DNA of 64,000 nucleotides, taken from positions 386-64,385 of the forward strand of contig CAZVGL010000002.1 in NCBI GenBank assembly GCA_964626705.1, in the 5' to 3' direction. Positions within the stretch are counted from its first letter, which is position 1. Each line of letters opens with the position of its first letter. Made by a program: the position numbers and the translations under genes. This DNA comes from an uncultured Candidatus Saccharibacteria bacterium (GTDB lineage Bacteria > Patescibacteriota > Minisyncoccia > Phycocordibacterales > UBA2163). Of the stretch, positions 11,324-21,045 are shown piece after piece. The notes under the pieces are model-generated. The model worked only from the letters and a program-made list of their open reading frames with translations, ran no database searches and was not told where the DNA came from.

Positions 11324-11881
11324 ATGAAGAAAAAGCTCAACAAAACAAAAGAAGAAATAGAAGATGTTGTGTTTGATGAAATTGAAGAAAGTGGTACTGG
11401 AACTATAAAAAAGTTGCGAGATAAGTTGAAGATTTGCGTTGAGGAAAAACAAGCATACTTGGACGGCTGGCAAAGGTCAAAGGCTGATTTTGTAAATGCA
11501 AGAAAGAAAGATGAGGAAATGCGTACAAACCTTGTATCATTTGCAAAAGAGGGTTTGATATTAGATCTTCTGACTTCAGTTGATAACTTCGATATGGCAT
11601 TTGCAAATAAAGAAGTCTGGGAGAGTGTTGATAAAAATTGGAGAATAGGGATAGAACACATTCATTCACAACTTTTAAAAACCTTAGAAGAGCACGGACT
11701 TGAGCAGTTTGACCCACTTGGAGAGCAGTTTGACCCAACACGTCATGATTCAATAGAAACTGTAGTTGTAGAAAAGAAGACAGATGATCATAAAGTAGTT
11801 GAGGTAATACAAAAAGGATATATATTAGGTGGAAAAGTAATACGTCCTGCGAAAGTAAAAGTAGGACAATTAGAAGTTTAA
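11324..11881 (+). CDS. grpE: nucleotide exchange factor GrpE
   Basis: 185 aa with a coiled-coil N-terminus. GrpE blocks [19 protein letters not shown] and [11 protein letters not shown]. Immediately precedes dnaK. Confidence 0.85.
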   Translation: MKKKLNKTKEEIEDVVFDEIEESGTGTIKKLRDKLKICVEEKQAYLDGWQRSKADFVNARKKDEEMRTNLVSFAKEGLILDLLTSVDNFDMAFANKEVWESVDKNWRIGIEHIHSQLLKTLEEHGLEQFDPLGEQFDPTRHDSIETVVVEKKTDDHKVVEVIQKGYILGGKVIRPAKVKVGQLEV

Positions 11882-11894
11882 TTTAAATAATATT

Positions 11895-13832
11895 ATGTCA
11901 AAAATTTTAGGAATAGATTTAGGAACAACAAACTCAGCAATGGCTGTAGTCGAGGGAGGTGAGCCAACAATAATAGAGAATGCAGAAGGTGTACGAACAA
12001 CACCGTCTATTGTTGCTATTTCAAAAACAAATGAAAGGCTTGCTGGACTTCTAGCAAAGAGACAGGCTGTGACAAACCCTAAAAATACTATATTTGGCAT
12101 AAAGCGTTACGTTGGACATATGTTTAATGACGCAGAAATACAAAAAGATGAAAAAACTTCTCCATTTGATATTGCGAAAGGTTCTGACGGAGGTGTTTTA
12201 GTAAAACTTGGAGATAAGGAATATCGCCCAGAAGAAGTGTCTGCTATGATACTCCAAAAACTTAAGAACGATGCGGAGGCACGGCTTGGAGAAAAGATAA
12301 CTGAAGCTGTTATAACGGTACCTGCATATTTTAATGACTCACAAAGAAAAGCTACAAAAGATGCTGGTAAGATCGCAGGGCTTGAAGTAAAAAGAATTAT
12401 AAACGAACCTACAGCAGCTGCACTTGCATATGGTTTTGCAAAAAAGAAAGACGAGAAGATCGTGGTATTTGACTTCGGTGGTGGTACTTTTGACGTATCA
12501 GTACTTGAAGTTGGGGATGACGTAATAGAAGTAAAATCAACAGACGGTGACTCACACATGGGAGGGCGTGACATTGATCAAAAGATAATAAAGTGGATAG
12601 CAGATGAATTTAAGAAAGAAAGCGGTATCGATGTATCTACAGATCCACTTGCGATACAGAGACTTGACGAAGCAGCAGAAAAAGCAAAGCTTGAACTTTC
12701 TTCAACTACAGAAACAGAGATAAACATACCGTTTATTACATCAGATGCATCTGGTCCGAAACACTTACTACTTAAAATGACACGTGCGACTCTAGAAGAA
12801 CTTGCTAGAGAATTTATCGACCGCTCAATAGAAATCACAAAGCGTGCAGTAGAAGCTTCACCTTTTAGCACAAGTGATATAAATGAAGTTATCTTAGTAG
12901 GAGGGCAGACTCGTATGCCTGCTATCTCTAACGCTGTAAAAGAATTCTTCGGAAAAGAACCAAATAAATCTATCAACCCTGACGAAGTAGTGGCACTTGG
13001 TGCTGCTATTCAAGCTGGAATAATGCAAGGAGACGTAAAAGATATACTACTTCTAGATGTTATCCCTCTTTCACTCGGCATAGAAACACTTGGATCTGTA
13101 GCTACTAAACTTATAGAGAAAAACTCTACTATCCCTACATCAAAGTCACAGACATTTTCTACAGCAGCTGACAATCAAACATCTGTGGAGATCCATGTAG
13201 TTCAAGGAGAACGAGCTATGGCTACAGATAATAAATCTCTTGGTAAATTTATCTTGGACGGTGTACCGCCAGCACCAAGAGGTGTACCTCAGGTAGAAGT
13301 ATCTTTCGACGTAGATGCAAATGGTATTTTAAATGTAAAAGCAAAAGATAAAGCAAGTGGAAAAGAACAATCTATAAAGATCGAAGCAAGCTCAGGACTT
13401 TCAGAAGAAGATATTGAGAAAATGAAAAAAGATGCAGAGATAAATGAGAGTGAGGATGCAAAGAAAAAAGAAGCAGTGGATGCAAGAAATCTCTCAGAGC
13501 AGCTTGTATACACAGCCGAGAAAGCACTTAAAGATGCAGAAGGTAAGATAGAAGAAGCTCTCAAAACTTCAGTACAAGCTAAGATAGACGAACTTAAAAA
13601 AGTAAAAGACGGTACTGATACAGAAGCTATAAAATCAGCTTCAGAAGCCCTTTCAACAGAAATGCAAAAGATAGGCGAAGCAATGGCCAAAGCAGCTCCA
13701 CAAGAGCCAGCAGAGGGCACAGAAGGGCAAGCAGGGGAACAAAAAGAAGGTGCTGAAGGTAATGTAAGAGACGCAGAGTTTGAAGAGAAGAAAGATGACA
13801 CTCCACCAGCAGAAGAACCGAAAACAGAGTAA
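11895..13832 (+). CDS. dnaK: molecular chaperone DnaK (Hsp70)
   Basis: 645 aa with Hsp70 signatures [16 protein letters not shown] and [11 protein letters not shown]. Confidence 0.97.
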   Translation: MSKILGIDLGTTNSAMAVVEGGEPTIIENAEGVRTTPSIVAISKTNERLAGLLAKRQAVTNPKNTIFGIKRYVGHMFNDAEIQKDEKTSPFDIAKGSDGGVLVKLGDKEYRPEEVSAMILQKLKNDAEARLGEKITEAVITVPAYFNDSQRKATKDAGKIAGLEVKRIINEPTAAALAYGFAKKKDEKIVVFDFGGGTFDVSVLEVGDDVIEVKSTDGDSHMGGRDIDQKIIKWIADEFKKESGIDVSTDPLAIQRLDEAAEKAKLELSSTTETEINIPFITSDASGPKHLLLKMTRATLEELAREFIDRSIEITKRAVEASPFSTSDINEVILVGGQTRMPAISNAVKEFFGKEPNKSINPDEVVALGAAIQAGIMQGDVKDILLLDVIPLSLGIETLGSVATKLIEKNSTIPTSKSQTFSTAADNQTSVEIHVVQGERAMATDNKSLGKFILDGVPPAPRGVPQVEVSFDVDANGILNVKAKDKASGKEQSIKIEASSGLSEEDIEKMKKDAEINESEDAKKKEAVDARNLSEQLVYTAEKALKDAEGKIEEALKTSVQAKIDELKKVKDGTDTEAIKSASEALSTEMQKIGEAMAKAAPQEPAEGTEGQAGEQKEGAEGNVRDAEFEEKKDDTPPAEEPKTE

Positions 13833-13854
13833 ATAATAATTAAAACCACAAAAA

Positions 13855-13892
13855 AAACAAACGGCTCAAGTCGATGAGCCGTTTGTTTTTTT
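13855..13892 (+). terminator. rho-independent terminator after dnaK
   Basis: 11-bp stem caaacggctca / tgagccgtttg followed by a T7 run. Confidence 0.6.
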
Positions 13893-13932
13893 ACTTGTTT
13901 TTTGATGAAAATGCGGTAAAATAGTGTTAATT

Positions 13933-15015
13933 ATGGCAAGAGACTACTATCAAGTTTTGGGAGTGGACAAGAAAGCAAGTGCTGACGAGGTAAAGAAAGC
14001 ATTCAGAAAACTTGCTCACAAATACCACCCCGACAAAAGTACTGGAGATGAAGCTAAGTTTAAAGAAATTAGCGAAGCTTATGGTGTACTTTCAAATGAC
14101 AAGAAACGGCAAGAATATGATGCATACGGAAGAGTGTTTAATGAAGGCAGTGGCGGCGCCGGGCAAGGTTTTGGTGGATTCTCTGACGGACAGGGTTTTG
14201 ATTTCTCTGGGTTTGCTGACCAAGGTTTCGACATGGGTGACATATTCGGTGGACTAGGGGATATCTTTGGCGGAAGAGGAAGACAACAAACAAAGCGCGG
14301 AAGAGATATTTCTATTGATCTTGAAGTACCGTTTAAAGACGCTATCTTTGGTACAGAAAGAAAAGTACTTTTGACTAAAGTATCAGAATGTAAAACATGT
14401 ACTGGGAGTGGTGCTAAAGAAGGGACAGAGATGGAAACATGTAAAAACTGTAACGGCAAAGGTAAGATACATGAGACTAAGAATTCGATCCTAGGAACTA
14501 TACAAAGTGTACGAGCATGTGATAATTGTTTCGGTACAGGCAAAGTACCAAAAGAAAAATGTAAAGATTGTAAAGGTTTAGGTGTCGCGCGCAAAGAAGA
14601 GGAGATTTCTATTTCAATACCAGCAGGAGTAGACAACGGTGAGATGATACGTCTCTCAGGTGGTGGGGAAGCGGTAGCAGGAGGTATTGCAGGAGACCTA
14701 TACATAAAACTTCATATAAGCCCTGACCCAGTATTTAGAAAAGAAGGAAACAACCTTTCAATGATACTAAATGTAAAGCTTACAGACGCACTTTTGGGTA
14801 GCACATATACAATCTCAACACTTGACGGCGACATTGATATTAAGATACCAGCTGGAGTGTCATTTGGTGAGATACTTCGCGTAGGAGGTAAAGGAGTACC
14901 AACAAGCAAAAAGAGTCGTGGAGACTTACTTGTAAAGATAAATATCACTCTACCAAACAAACTCTCACGTAGTACTAAAAAATTAGTTGAGGAAATGAAA
15001 AAAGAGGGGATTTAA
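13933..15015 (+). CDS. dnaJ: molecular chaperone DnaJ
   Basis: J-domain with HPD (KYHPDK), a Gly/Phe-rich linker and four CxxCxGxG zinc-finger repeats. ATG at 13933 ([11 protein letters not shown]) is preferred over the upstream GTG. Confidence 0.9.
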   Translation: MARDYYQVLGVDKKASADEVKKAFRKLAHKYHPDKSTGDEAKFKEISEAYGVLSNDKKRQEYDAYGRVFNEGSGGAGQGFGGFSDGQGFDFSGFADQGFDMGDIFGGLGDIFGGRGRQQTKRGRDISIDLEVPFKDAIFGTERKVLLTKVSECKTCTGSGAKEGTEMETCKNCNGKGKIHETKNSILGTIQSVRACDNCFGTGKVPKEKCKDCKGLGVARKEEEISISIPAGVDNGEMIRLSGGGEAVAGGIAGDLYIKLHISPDPVFRKEGNNLSMILNVKLTDALLGSTYTISTLDGDIDIKIPAGVSFGEILRVGGKGVPTSKKSRGDLLVKINITLPNKLSRSTKKLVEEMKKEGI

Positions 15016-15016
15016 T

Positions 15017-15046
15017 CAACAGTTTACTTTTGTAAACTGTTTTTTA
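15017..15046 (+). terminator. rho-independent terminator after dnaJ
   Basis: Stem aacagtttac / gtaaactgtt with a T-run. It is immediately followed by TATAAT (15051-15056) positioned 8 nt upstream of the next ATG. Confidence 0.55.
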
Positions 15047-15064
15047 GTATTATAATATTACTAT

Positions 15065-15598
15065 ATGAATTCAGTACAAAATTTATTTGCAAGCTCTACA
15101 GGGAGCGCATTAGAGACAGTTACAAACTTGTCGCTTGATACAATTATTTTAATTGTTATCTTTTTCTTATTCTTTATATACGGATTTAAATTTGGTAAGC
15201 GTAAGATCATATCTTTAATGCTTTCTTTGTATGCTTCGATCCCTATTGTACTTTTTTTCCCGTACTTACAGAAAATCGCATTCTTTGGCAACACTGAGAA
15301 GGCGGTACTATATTCACAGATTGGGCTTTTTGTATTGGTGATAATTCTTATAAATGTAGTGCTAAGCAGAATAGTGAGTTTCGAACTCTACCACAGAGGC
15401 TTAAGAAGGCTAATAGAAAATGGTTTTCTTGCAGCAGCTTCTGGCGGACTTCTTATAGCTATTTCATATCATATAATAAAAATATCAGAACTATATGATT
15501 TCGCGAGACCGATAGATGCATTATTTGCATCTACAACGCTCTTTTTCTGGTGGCTCATAGCACCACTTGTAGTTGTTTTCTTTACGACAAGAAGATGA
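15065..15598 (+). CDS. small polytopic membrane protein, possibly CvpA-like
   Basis: 177 aa with 4-5 predicted TM helices. Family assignment is tentative. Confidence 0.4.
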   Translation: MNSVQNLFASSTGSALETVTNLSLDTIILIVIFFLFFIYGFKFGKRKIISLMLSLYASIPIVLFFPYLQKIAFFGNTEKAVLYSQIGLFVLVIILINVVLSRIVSFELYHRGLRRLIENGFLAAASGGLLIAISYHIIKISELYDFARPIDALFASTTLFFWWLIAPLVVVFFTTRR

Positions 15599-15614
15599 TA
15601 CTATAAGGCCTAAT

Positions 15615-17216
15615 ATGAATAAAAAGACCCAAAAGACAAAAGGGGCTAAAAATACAGTGATTTTGACTGGGAATGACCTTACGCCAGATGAAATATACAG
15701 GATCACAGAAGATCCAAAAATACAGGTAGTACTATCTCCAAAGTCATTAATAAAAGTAAGACAATCAAAAAAGTTTCTAGACAAGAAGGTTGCCACAACT
15801 GTAATATATGGGATCACTACTGGCTTTGGACCTATGGCATCACATATCATAGGTAAAAATCAATTACACGAACTTCAATATAACTTAGTGCGCTCACATG
15901 CAGTAGGATTGGGAGATCCTATAGAAGATAGATTTGTTCTTGCTGCTATGGTAGTAAGATTAAACACTCTCGTAAAAGGATACTCTGGTGTGTCAGAAGA
16001 CTTAATAGAACAATTAGCTTTTTTTATAAATAAAAGAATCTTACCTGTAATCCCAGAACATGGTTCAGTAGGAACAAGCGGTGATTTAGTACAGCTCGCC
16101 CACATCGCTATTACTTTAATAGGAGAAGGGGAAGTGGTGTTTGAAGGCAAACGAGAAAATACAGCAAACGTACTTAAAAGATTAAAAAGAAAACCTCATA
16201 CACTTGAACCGAAAGAAGGACTTGCTCTTATAAACGGCACATCTGTTATGTCTGGTATAGCAGCACTTATTGTCGACGACACAGAAAGATTACTTTCTGT
16301 GATATCACGCTCAAGTGCTTTAGCACTTGAGCTTATAAATGGTTTAAACGATGCTTTATCTGCAGAACTACATGCATTACGTCCACATGATGGTCAAAAA
16401 AAGATAGCGTCCACACTTCGTAAATTACTAGCTTCATCTACTCTTCTACATGATAGAAAACAGCTTCAATCTAGAGTAAATGTCATAGACAATGTTTATG
16501 TTACTCCAGAGCATATCCAAGATGTATATTCGTTCCGCTGTGTTGCGCAGATCTTAGGTCCAGCACTTGATATATATAAAAAAACTAAAAAAGATGTAGA
16601 AATAGAGATCAATTCAGTTACTGATAACCCCATCATAGATGTCAAAAAACAAATCTTCCTTCACGGCGGAAACTTCCATGGAGACTATATAGCAACAGCT
16701 GTTGATCAATTAAAGATAAGTATAGTAAAAATGACAATACTTTCAGAAAGAAGAATAAACTTTTTCTTAAACAGAAACGTAAACCAGTTCTTTCCACCAT
16801 TTTTAAATCTAAATCAACCAGGCCTTACACTTGCATTACAAGGTCTACAGTTTGTAGCTACATCAACAACTGCCCAAAGCCAGTCTCTTGCATTCCCTCA
16901 TTCTACACACTCTATCTCCACAAATGCAGACAATCAAGATGTAGTAAGTATGGGTACAGACGCTGCGCTTATTACAAGCAAAGCAATAAAGAATGCGTAC
17001 ACAGTACTTTCTGTAGAATATGCAACGCTTGCACAGGCTGTGGATCATTTAAATGTTTCAAACAAACTCTCACCAGCATCAAAGCTATTGTTCAAAAAGA
17101 CTAGAGGAATAGTACCTAAAATAGTAGAGGACAGAACTCTTACGAAAGAACTAACGAAACTTATTAATATGTTAGAAAAAGATGACGACCTAATACTTTC
17201 TTTCGAAGGTAACTAA
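15615..17216 (+). CDS. MIO-dependent aromatic amino acid ammonia-lyase/aminomutase (HAL/PAL/TAL family)
   Basis: N-terminal YGITTGFG block; MIO-forming tripeptide region GSVGTSGDLVQLAH (Thr-Ser-Gly where Ala-Ser-Gly is usual); full-length lyase-family similarity (about 530 aa). ATG at 15615 is preferred because the track start at 15573 overlaps the previous gene. Confidence 0.85.
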   Translation: MNKKTQKTKGAKNTVILTGNDLTPDEIYRITEDPKIQVVLSPKSLIKVRQSKKFLDKKVATTVIYGITTGFGPMASHIIGKNQLHELQYNLVRSHAVGLGDPIEDRFVLAAMVVRLNTLVKGYSGVSEDLIEQLAFFINKRILPVIPEHGSVGTSGDLVQLAHIAITLIGEGEVVFEGKRENTANVLKRLKRKPHTLEPKEGLALINGTSVMSGIAALIVDDTERLLSVISRSSALALELINGLNDALSAELHALRPHDGQKKIASTLRKLLASSTLLHDRKQLQSRVNVIDNVYVTPEHIQDVYSFRCVAQILGPALDIYKKTKKDVEIEINSVTDNPIIDVKKQIFLHGGNFHGDYIATAVDQLKISIVKMTILSERRINFFLNRNVNQFFPPFLNLNQPGLTLALQGLQFVATSTTAQSQSLAFPHSTHSISTNADNQDVVSMGTDAALITSKAIKNAYTVLSVEYATLAQAVDHLNVSNKLSPASKLLFKKTRGIVPKIVEDRTLTKELTKLINMLEKDDDLILSFEGN

Positions 17217-17220
17217 AAAC

Positions 17221-18768
17221 ATGTCAAAAGAAAAAGACATACTTAAACCATTAAAGTCGGTAGGAGAAACCTTTTCTCTACAAGACATGCTTTCTTTTGA
17301 CACAAAAGATTATATAAAGATGCTCCAAAATAAGGGCGAAGAATTTTGGATAAAAGAAGGAGAAAAGAAAGCCCTTAATCTTTTTAAAAAGGCTGCTAAA
17401 GACGTACCAGCATATAAAGAATTCCTTAAGGTACACAAGATCGACCCGACAAAGATCAAAACTATAAAAGACTTTAAAAATATTCCGATCACCACAAAAG
17501 AAAACTACATCAGTAAGTATCCTCTAGCGGACAGGAACTGGAATGGAAAACTAGAACACCTGAACATATTTGCCGTAAGCTCAGGAACAATAACTAAACC
17601 AACAATATGGCCTCGTGGGTCACTTCAAGAGTTTGAGTCAGCTATAACTCACGAAGCTCTCTTTAATGAATTGTATGAGGTTGATAAACATAAAACACTC
17701 ATAGCTATCGGGTTTCCGATGGGTGTATATATCTCTGGTATGGCTACAAGTATTCCAAGCTGGCTTATCGGAATAAAAAACCCAAGCCTTAACATACTTA
17801 CGATAGGAAACGACAAAGAGAAATTTTTAAATATTATCCCCCAACTACAAAAAGAGTACGAACAAATCCTATTTATTGGGCATCCGTTTTTTATTAAAGA
17901 TGTAATAGAGACTGGTAAAGATAGAAAGATAAAATGGGACAAAACTAAAGTAAAAATGATGTTTTGTAGCGAAGGCTTCAATGAAACATGGAGGTCGTAC
18001 TTAGCAAAACAAGTTAAAAGTGATAAAAAACTCGATATGTTTAATACTTACGGTTCATCTGAACTATTACTCATGGGTAATGAAACACCTAAGAGTGTCT
18101 TTATAAAACAGCTTGCTGAAAAGAAAAATAAAATTAGAGAGTCAGTATTTAAAAGCCCTTCTGTTCCAAATATATTTCAATATAATCCTATTAACCGCTA
18201 CATAGAGTCTGTAGATAATGACCTTATTTTTACAGCCTCAAGCGGTATACCGCTTATCCGATTTAGATTACATGACAACGGTCAGGTTATTTCAAATAAC
18301 GATATGGACGACCTTCTTACTAAGGAATGTCCGGAATGGAAAACGGAATTTAAAAAAATAAAATCAAAGAGTGCCTGGAATTTACCATTTGTTACATTAT
18401 ATGGAAGAAGCAATCAAGCGATGATCTTTTATGCAGCAAATATTTATATAGAAAACATTAATCAGGCGCTCGACCATAAACCTTTTTTAAGCAAGATTAC
18501 AGGGAAGTTTGTAATGGAAAAGAAATACTTAAAAAACATGGATCAATATCTTAATATATATATTGAGCTTGAGGAGTCTGCAGAAAAAGATAAAAAACTT
18601 GCAAAAGATATTCAAATAAAAATAGTTGATACTCTAAAAAAAGTTAACCTAGAATATGCAGATGCATCAGAGAAACTCAATAAAAACTTAGTGCCAAGGA
18701 TCGTCTTAAAACCTTACCAAGACAGGACGTATTTCAAGCTTGGGTTGAAACCAAAATATATTATATAA
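17221..18768 (+). CDS. adenylate-forming enzyme, PaaK / coenzyme F390 synthetase-like
   Basis: 515 aa. Contains an SSGTITKPTIWP AMP-binding P-loop-like motif of the type characteristic of phenylacetate-CoA ligase/F390 synthetase (SSGTTGKP). The C-terminal ~80 aa are an extension. Confidence 0.6.
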   Translation: MSKEKDILKPLKSVGETFSLQDMLSFDTKDYIKMLQNKGEEFWIKEGEKKALNLFKKAAKDVPAYKEFLKVHKIDPTKIKTIKDFKNIPITTKENYISKYPLADRNWNGKLEHLNIFAVSSGTITKPTIWPRGSLQEFESAITHEALFNELYEVDKHKTLIAIGFPMGVYISGMATSIPSWLIGIKNPSLNILTIGNDKEKFLNIIPQLQKEYEQILFIGHPFFIKDVIETGKDRKIKWDKTKVKMMFCSEGFNETWRSYLAKQVKSDKKLDMFNTYGSSELLLMGNETPKSVFIKQLAEKKNKIRESVFKSPSVPNIFQYNPINRYIESVDNDLIFTASSGIPLIRFRLHDNGQVISNNDMDDLLTKECPEWKTEFKKIKSKSAWNLPFVTLYGRSNQAMIFYAANIYIENINQALDHKPFLSKITGKFVMEKKYLKNMDQYLNIYIELEESAEKDKKLAKDIQIKIVDTLKKVNLEYADASEKLNKNLVPRIVLKPYQDRTYFKLGLKPKYII

Positions 18769-18775
18769 TAAACAA

Positions 18776-19963
18776 ATGTCAGATAAAATAAAACAATCTA
18801 TAGATAGTATTCTAGCAAAAGAAATTGAGTCAAAGCCGGTGTTTTTTAATCTAGCAGAATCAGAAGATCATAAAAGGCTAACCGCGCTTATATCTGAAGG
18901 AAAAGTTCAGCGTGTGTCAGACGACTATAGAGAACAGTTACTTGAATTGTTTGGTATAAACAATCCTTCATCTGTTCACGCTGAAGGGTTTGATGAGAAA
19001 TTTGAAGAACATCTAAAAGAGTCCGAAGAAAAAACACCCCTTTGGCAACAGGGTGTGTGGGTATACTTCCCATGGAGTTCAACCTTAACGCACATACTAC
19101 CTGAAGATGATTTTCAATTAGTAAGGACTGCTAGGAATCAGAACTTAATAAGTAAAGAGGAACAAAGTAAATTTTATAATACAACTGTAGGTATTGGGGG
19201 ACTGAGTGTTGGTTCAAGTGTTGCTTTAGGTCTTGTACTACAAGGAGGTGCCAAACATATAAAGTTTGCAGATATGGACAGACTTGCACTATCAAATACA
19301 AATAGGATTATTTCAGGAGTAGACAATCTTGGCATATTAAAAGTTGATATGACGGCACGCAAAATCTATGAGATCAATCCTTATGCACAAATAGAATTAT
19401 TTCCGGAAGGGTTAGGTAAGGAAAATATAGAAAAATTCTTTGAAGGACTTGATATTGTTATCGACGAATTGGACAATCTGGCTATTAAATATCTTATAAG
19501 AGAACAAGCGAAGAAAAATAGGATAGCAGTCGTGATGGCAGCTGACAATGGAGACAATGCTGTGGTGGATGTAGAGCGATACGATCTTGATGAAAATACA
19601 CCGTTTTTCCATGGAAGGATGGGTAATGTGTCTTATGAAGGACTTCTAGGTTTAGATAAGTTTGGTATAGGGAAGATGATTACGAAGCACGTTGGTCCTG
19701 AGAATGTGACGGAAAGGATGCAGCAATCTCTTTTTGAGATGGGGAAGACTATTGTCTCTTGGCCACAGCTCGGTGGTGCTGCAATGATAAACGGCGCAGC
19801 GGTTGCATACTGTGTTCGCAAGATTCTAAATGGACAGCCGTTAGAGGACAATAGAGCGCTTGTATCGCTGGATGAGAAGCTAGTACCAGACTATAATTCA
19901 ACCGAAAAAGTAGGGGAACGAAAACAAATAGCCGATTCATTTAAAAAAATATTTGGACTGTAA
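18776..19963 (+). CDS. ThiF/MoeB/E1-like adenylyltransferase with ~130-aa N-terminal extension
   Basis: Rossmann/E1 block TVGIGGLSVGSSVALGLVLQGGAKHIKFADMDRLALSNTNR matching the ThiF pattern G.GG.GS...D.D..SN..R. The preceding ~130 aa are not recognised. Confidence 0.7.
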   Translation: MSDKIKQSIDSILAKEIESKPVFFNLAESEDHKRLTALISEGKVQRVSDDYREQLLELFGINNPSSVHAEGFDEKFEEHLKESEEKTPLWQQGVWVYFPWSSTLTHILPEDDFQLVRTARNQNLISKEEQSKFYNTTVGIGGLSVGSSVALGLVLQGGAKHIKFADMDRLALSNTNRIISGVDNLGILKVDMTARKIYEINPYAQIELFPEGLGKENIEKFFEGLDIVIDELDNLAIKYLIREQAKKNRIAVVMAADNGDNAVVDVERYDLDENTPFFHGRMGNVSYEGLLGLDKFGIGKMITKHVGPENVTERMQQSLFEMGKTIVSWPQLGGAAMINGAAVAYCVRKILNGQPLEDNRALVSLDEKLVPDYNSTEKVGERKQIADSFKKIFGL

Positions 19964-19966
19964 GAT

Positions 19967-21022
19967 ATGCAAAACGACATAGAAAAAATCATAAAGGACG
20001 GTGTACTGGCTCCATCTGGTGAAAATGCACAACCATGGAGATTTATCGTGGAAGATAATAAAATCCATATATTTAATAAACCAGAAGTTGATCAATCTTT
20101 ATATAACTTTAAACAAAGAGGATCTTATATTGCACATGGTGCACTGATTGAAAACATTACTATAAGCTCGTCTAGATATGGATACAAAACAAATATTAAA
20201 TTATTCCCAGAAGAAGCTACTGCAAACCTTGTAGCTATTCTAACCTTAGAAAAAGCAGGTACGGAAGAAGATTCACTCTATAAGCATATCGAAAATAGAC
20301 ATACTAACAGAAAGTCATATGATGGACGAAAATTATCTAATGAACAAAAGGCGCAATTAATTAATACTGTCAAAGAGATCGACTCTGTAGAATTAGAAAT
20401 TATAGACGAAACAAAATCATTGAATATCTTAGGAGAAGCTTTGGCTGTAAATGAATTAATTCTTTTTAGCAACAAAAAGCTTCATGATTTTTTTTATGAT
20501 CATATTTTGTGGAAAGAAGACGATCAAGATAAGGCAAAAGGTTTTTATGTAAAAACTCTTGAGTTTCTTCCGCACCAACTTAAGGCAGTTAAATTATTCA
20601 AAAGCTGGTTTTTATTAAATATTTTCAATAAATTAATAAAAGTTGCGAACAAAATAGCAAAAGAAAATGCGGAGAAATATACAAAATCAGGAACCTTGAT
20701 TGCCGTTATAGTTAATGGAAATTCTAATTCTGACTTTATAAGAAAAGGAAGGGCTATGCAAAGAGTATGGCTTAAAGCAACAGAACTTGGCTTAAGTATG
20801 CACCCTTGTACTGGTACAGTATTTCTTATGGACAGAATAAAAGGCGGAGATAACAAATCTTTTTCAACCGTGCATATTGATATAATAAAAAATGCTTATA
20901 ACAACATATCCAAAATATTTAATACCGATAAAAAGTCTGCACCACTACTTTTTAGGATTGGATATGCAGACACACCTAGCGCTTGGTCACTTAGACTTAA
21001 TCCAGATATTGTTTATAAGTAA
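19967..21022 (+). CDS. nitroreductase-family FMN oxidoreductase, extended SagB/McbC-like form
   Basis: N-terminal APSGENAQPWRF (nitroreductase P-S-x-x-N-x-Q-P-W motif) and a C-terminal GRAMQRVWLKATELGLSMHP block. At 351 aa it is longer than the ~200-aa simple nitroreductases. Confidence 0.65.
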   Translation: MQNDIEKIIKDGVLAPSGENAQPWRFIVEDNKIHIFNKPEVDQSLYNFKQRGSYIAHGALIENITISSSRYGYKTNIKLFPEEATANLVAILTLEKAGTEEDSLYKHIENRHTNRKSYDGRKLSNEQKAQLINTVKEIDSVELEIIDETKSLNILGEALAVNELILFSNKKLHDFFYDHILWKEDDQDKAKGFYVKTLEFLPHQLKAVKLFKSWFLLNIFNKLIKVANKIAKENAEKYTKSGTLIAVIVNGNSNSDFIRKGRAMQRVWLKATELGLSMHPCTGTVFLMDRIKGGDNKSFSTVHIDIIKNAYNNISKIFNTDKKSAPLLFRIGYADTPSAWSLRLNPDIVYK

Positions 21023-21045
21023 TAATAGTATTATCATATAGTTAT

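Noticed and set aside
18776-21022. Calling the E1-like + nitroreductase-like pair a thiazole/oxazole (TOMM) RiPP cluster
   Set aside because: No YcaO-domain gene and no candidate precursor peptide exist anywhere in the block or its flanks. The co-encoded enzymes (MIO lyase, PaaK-like) point to small-molecule rather than peptide chemistry. The TOMM resemblance is kept only as an analogy.
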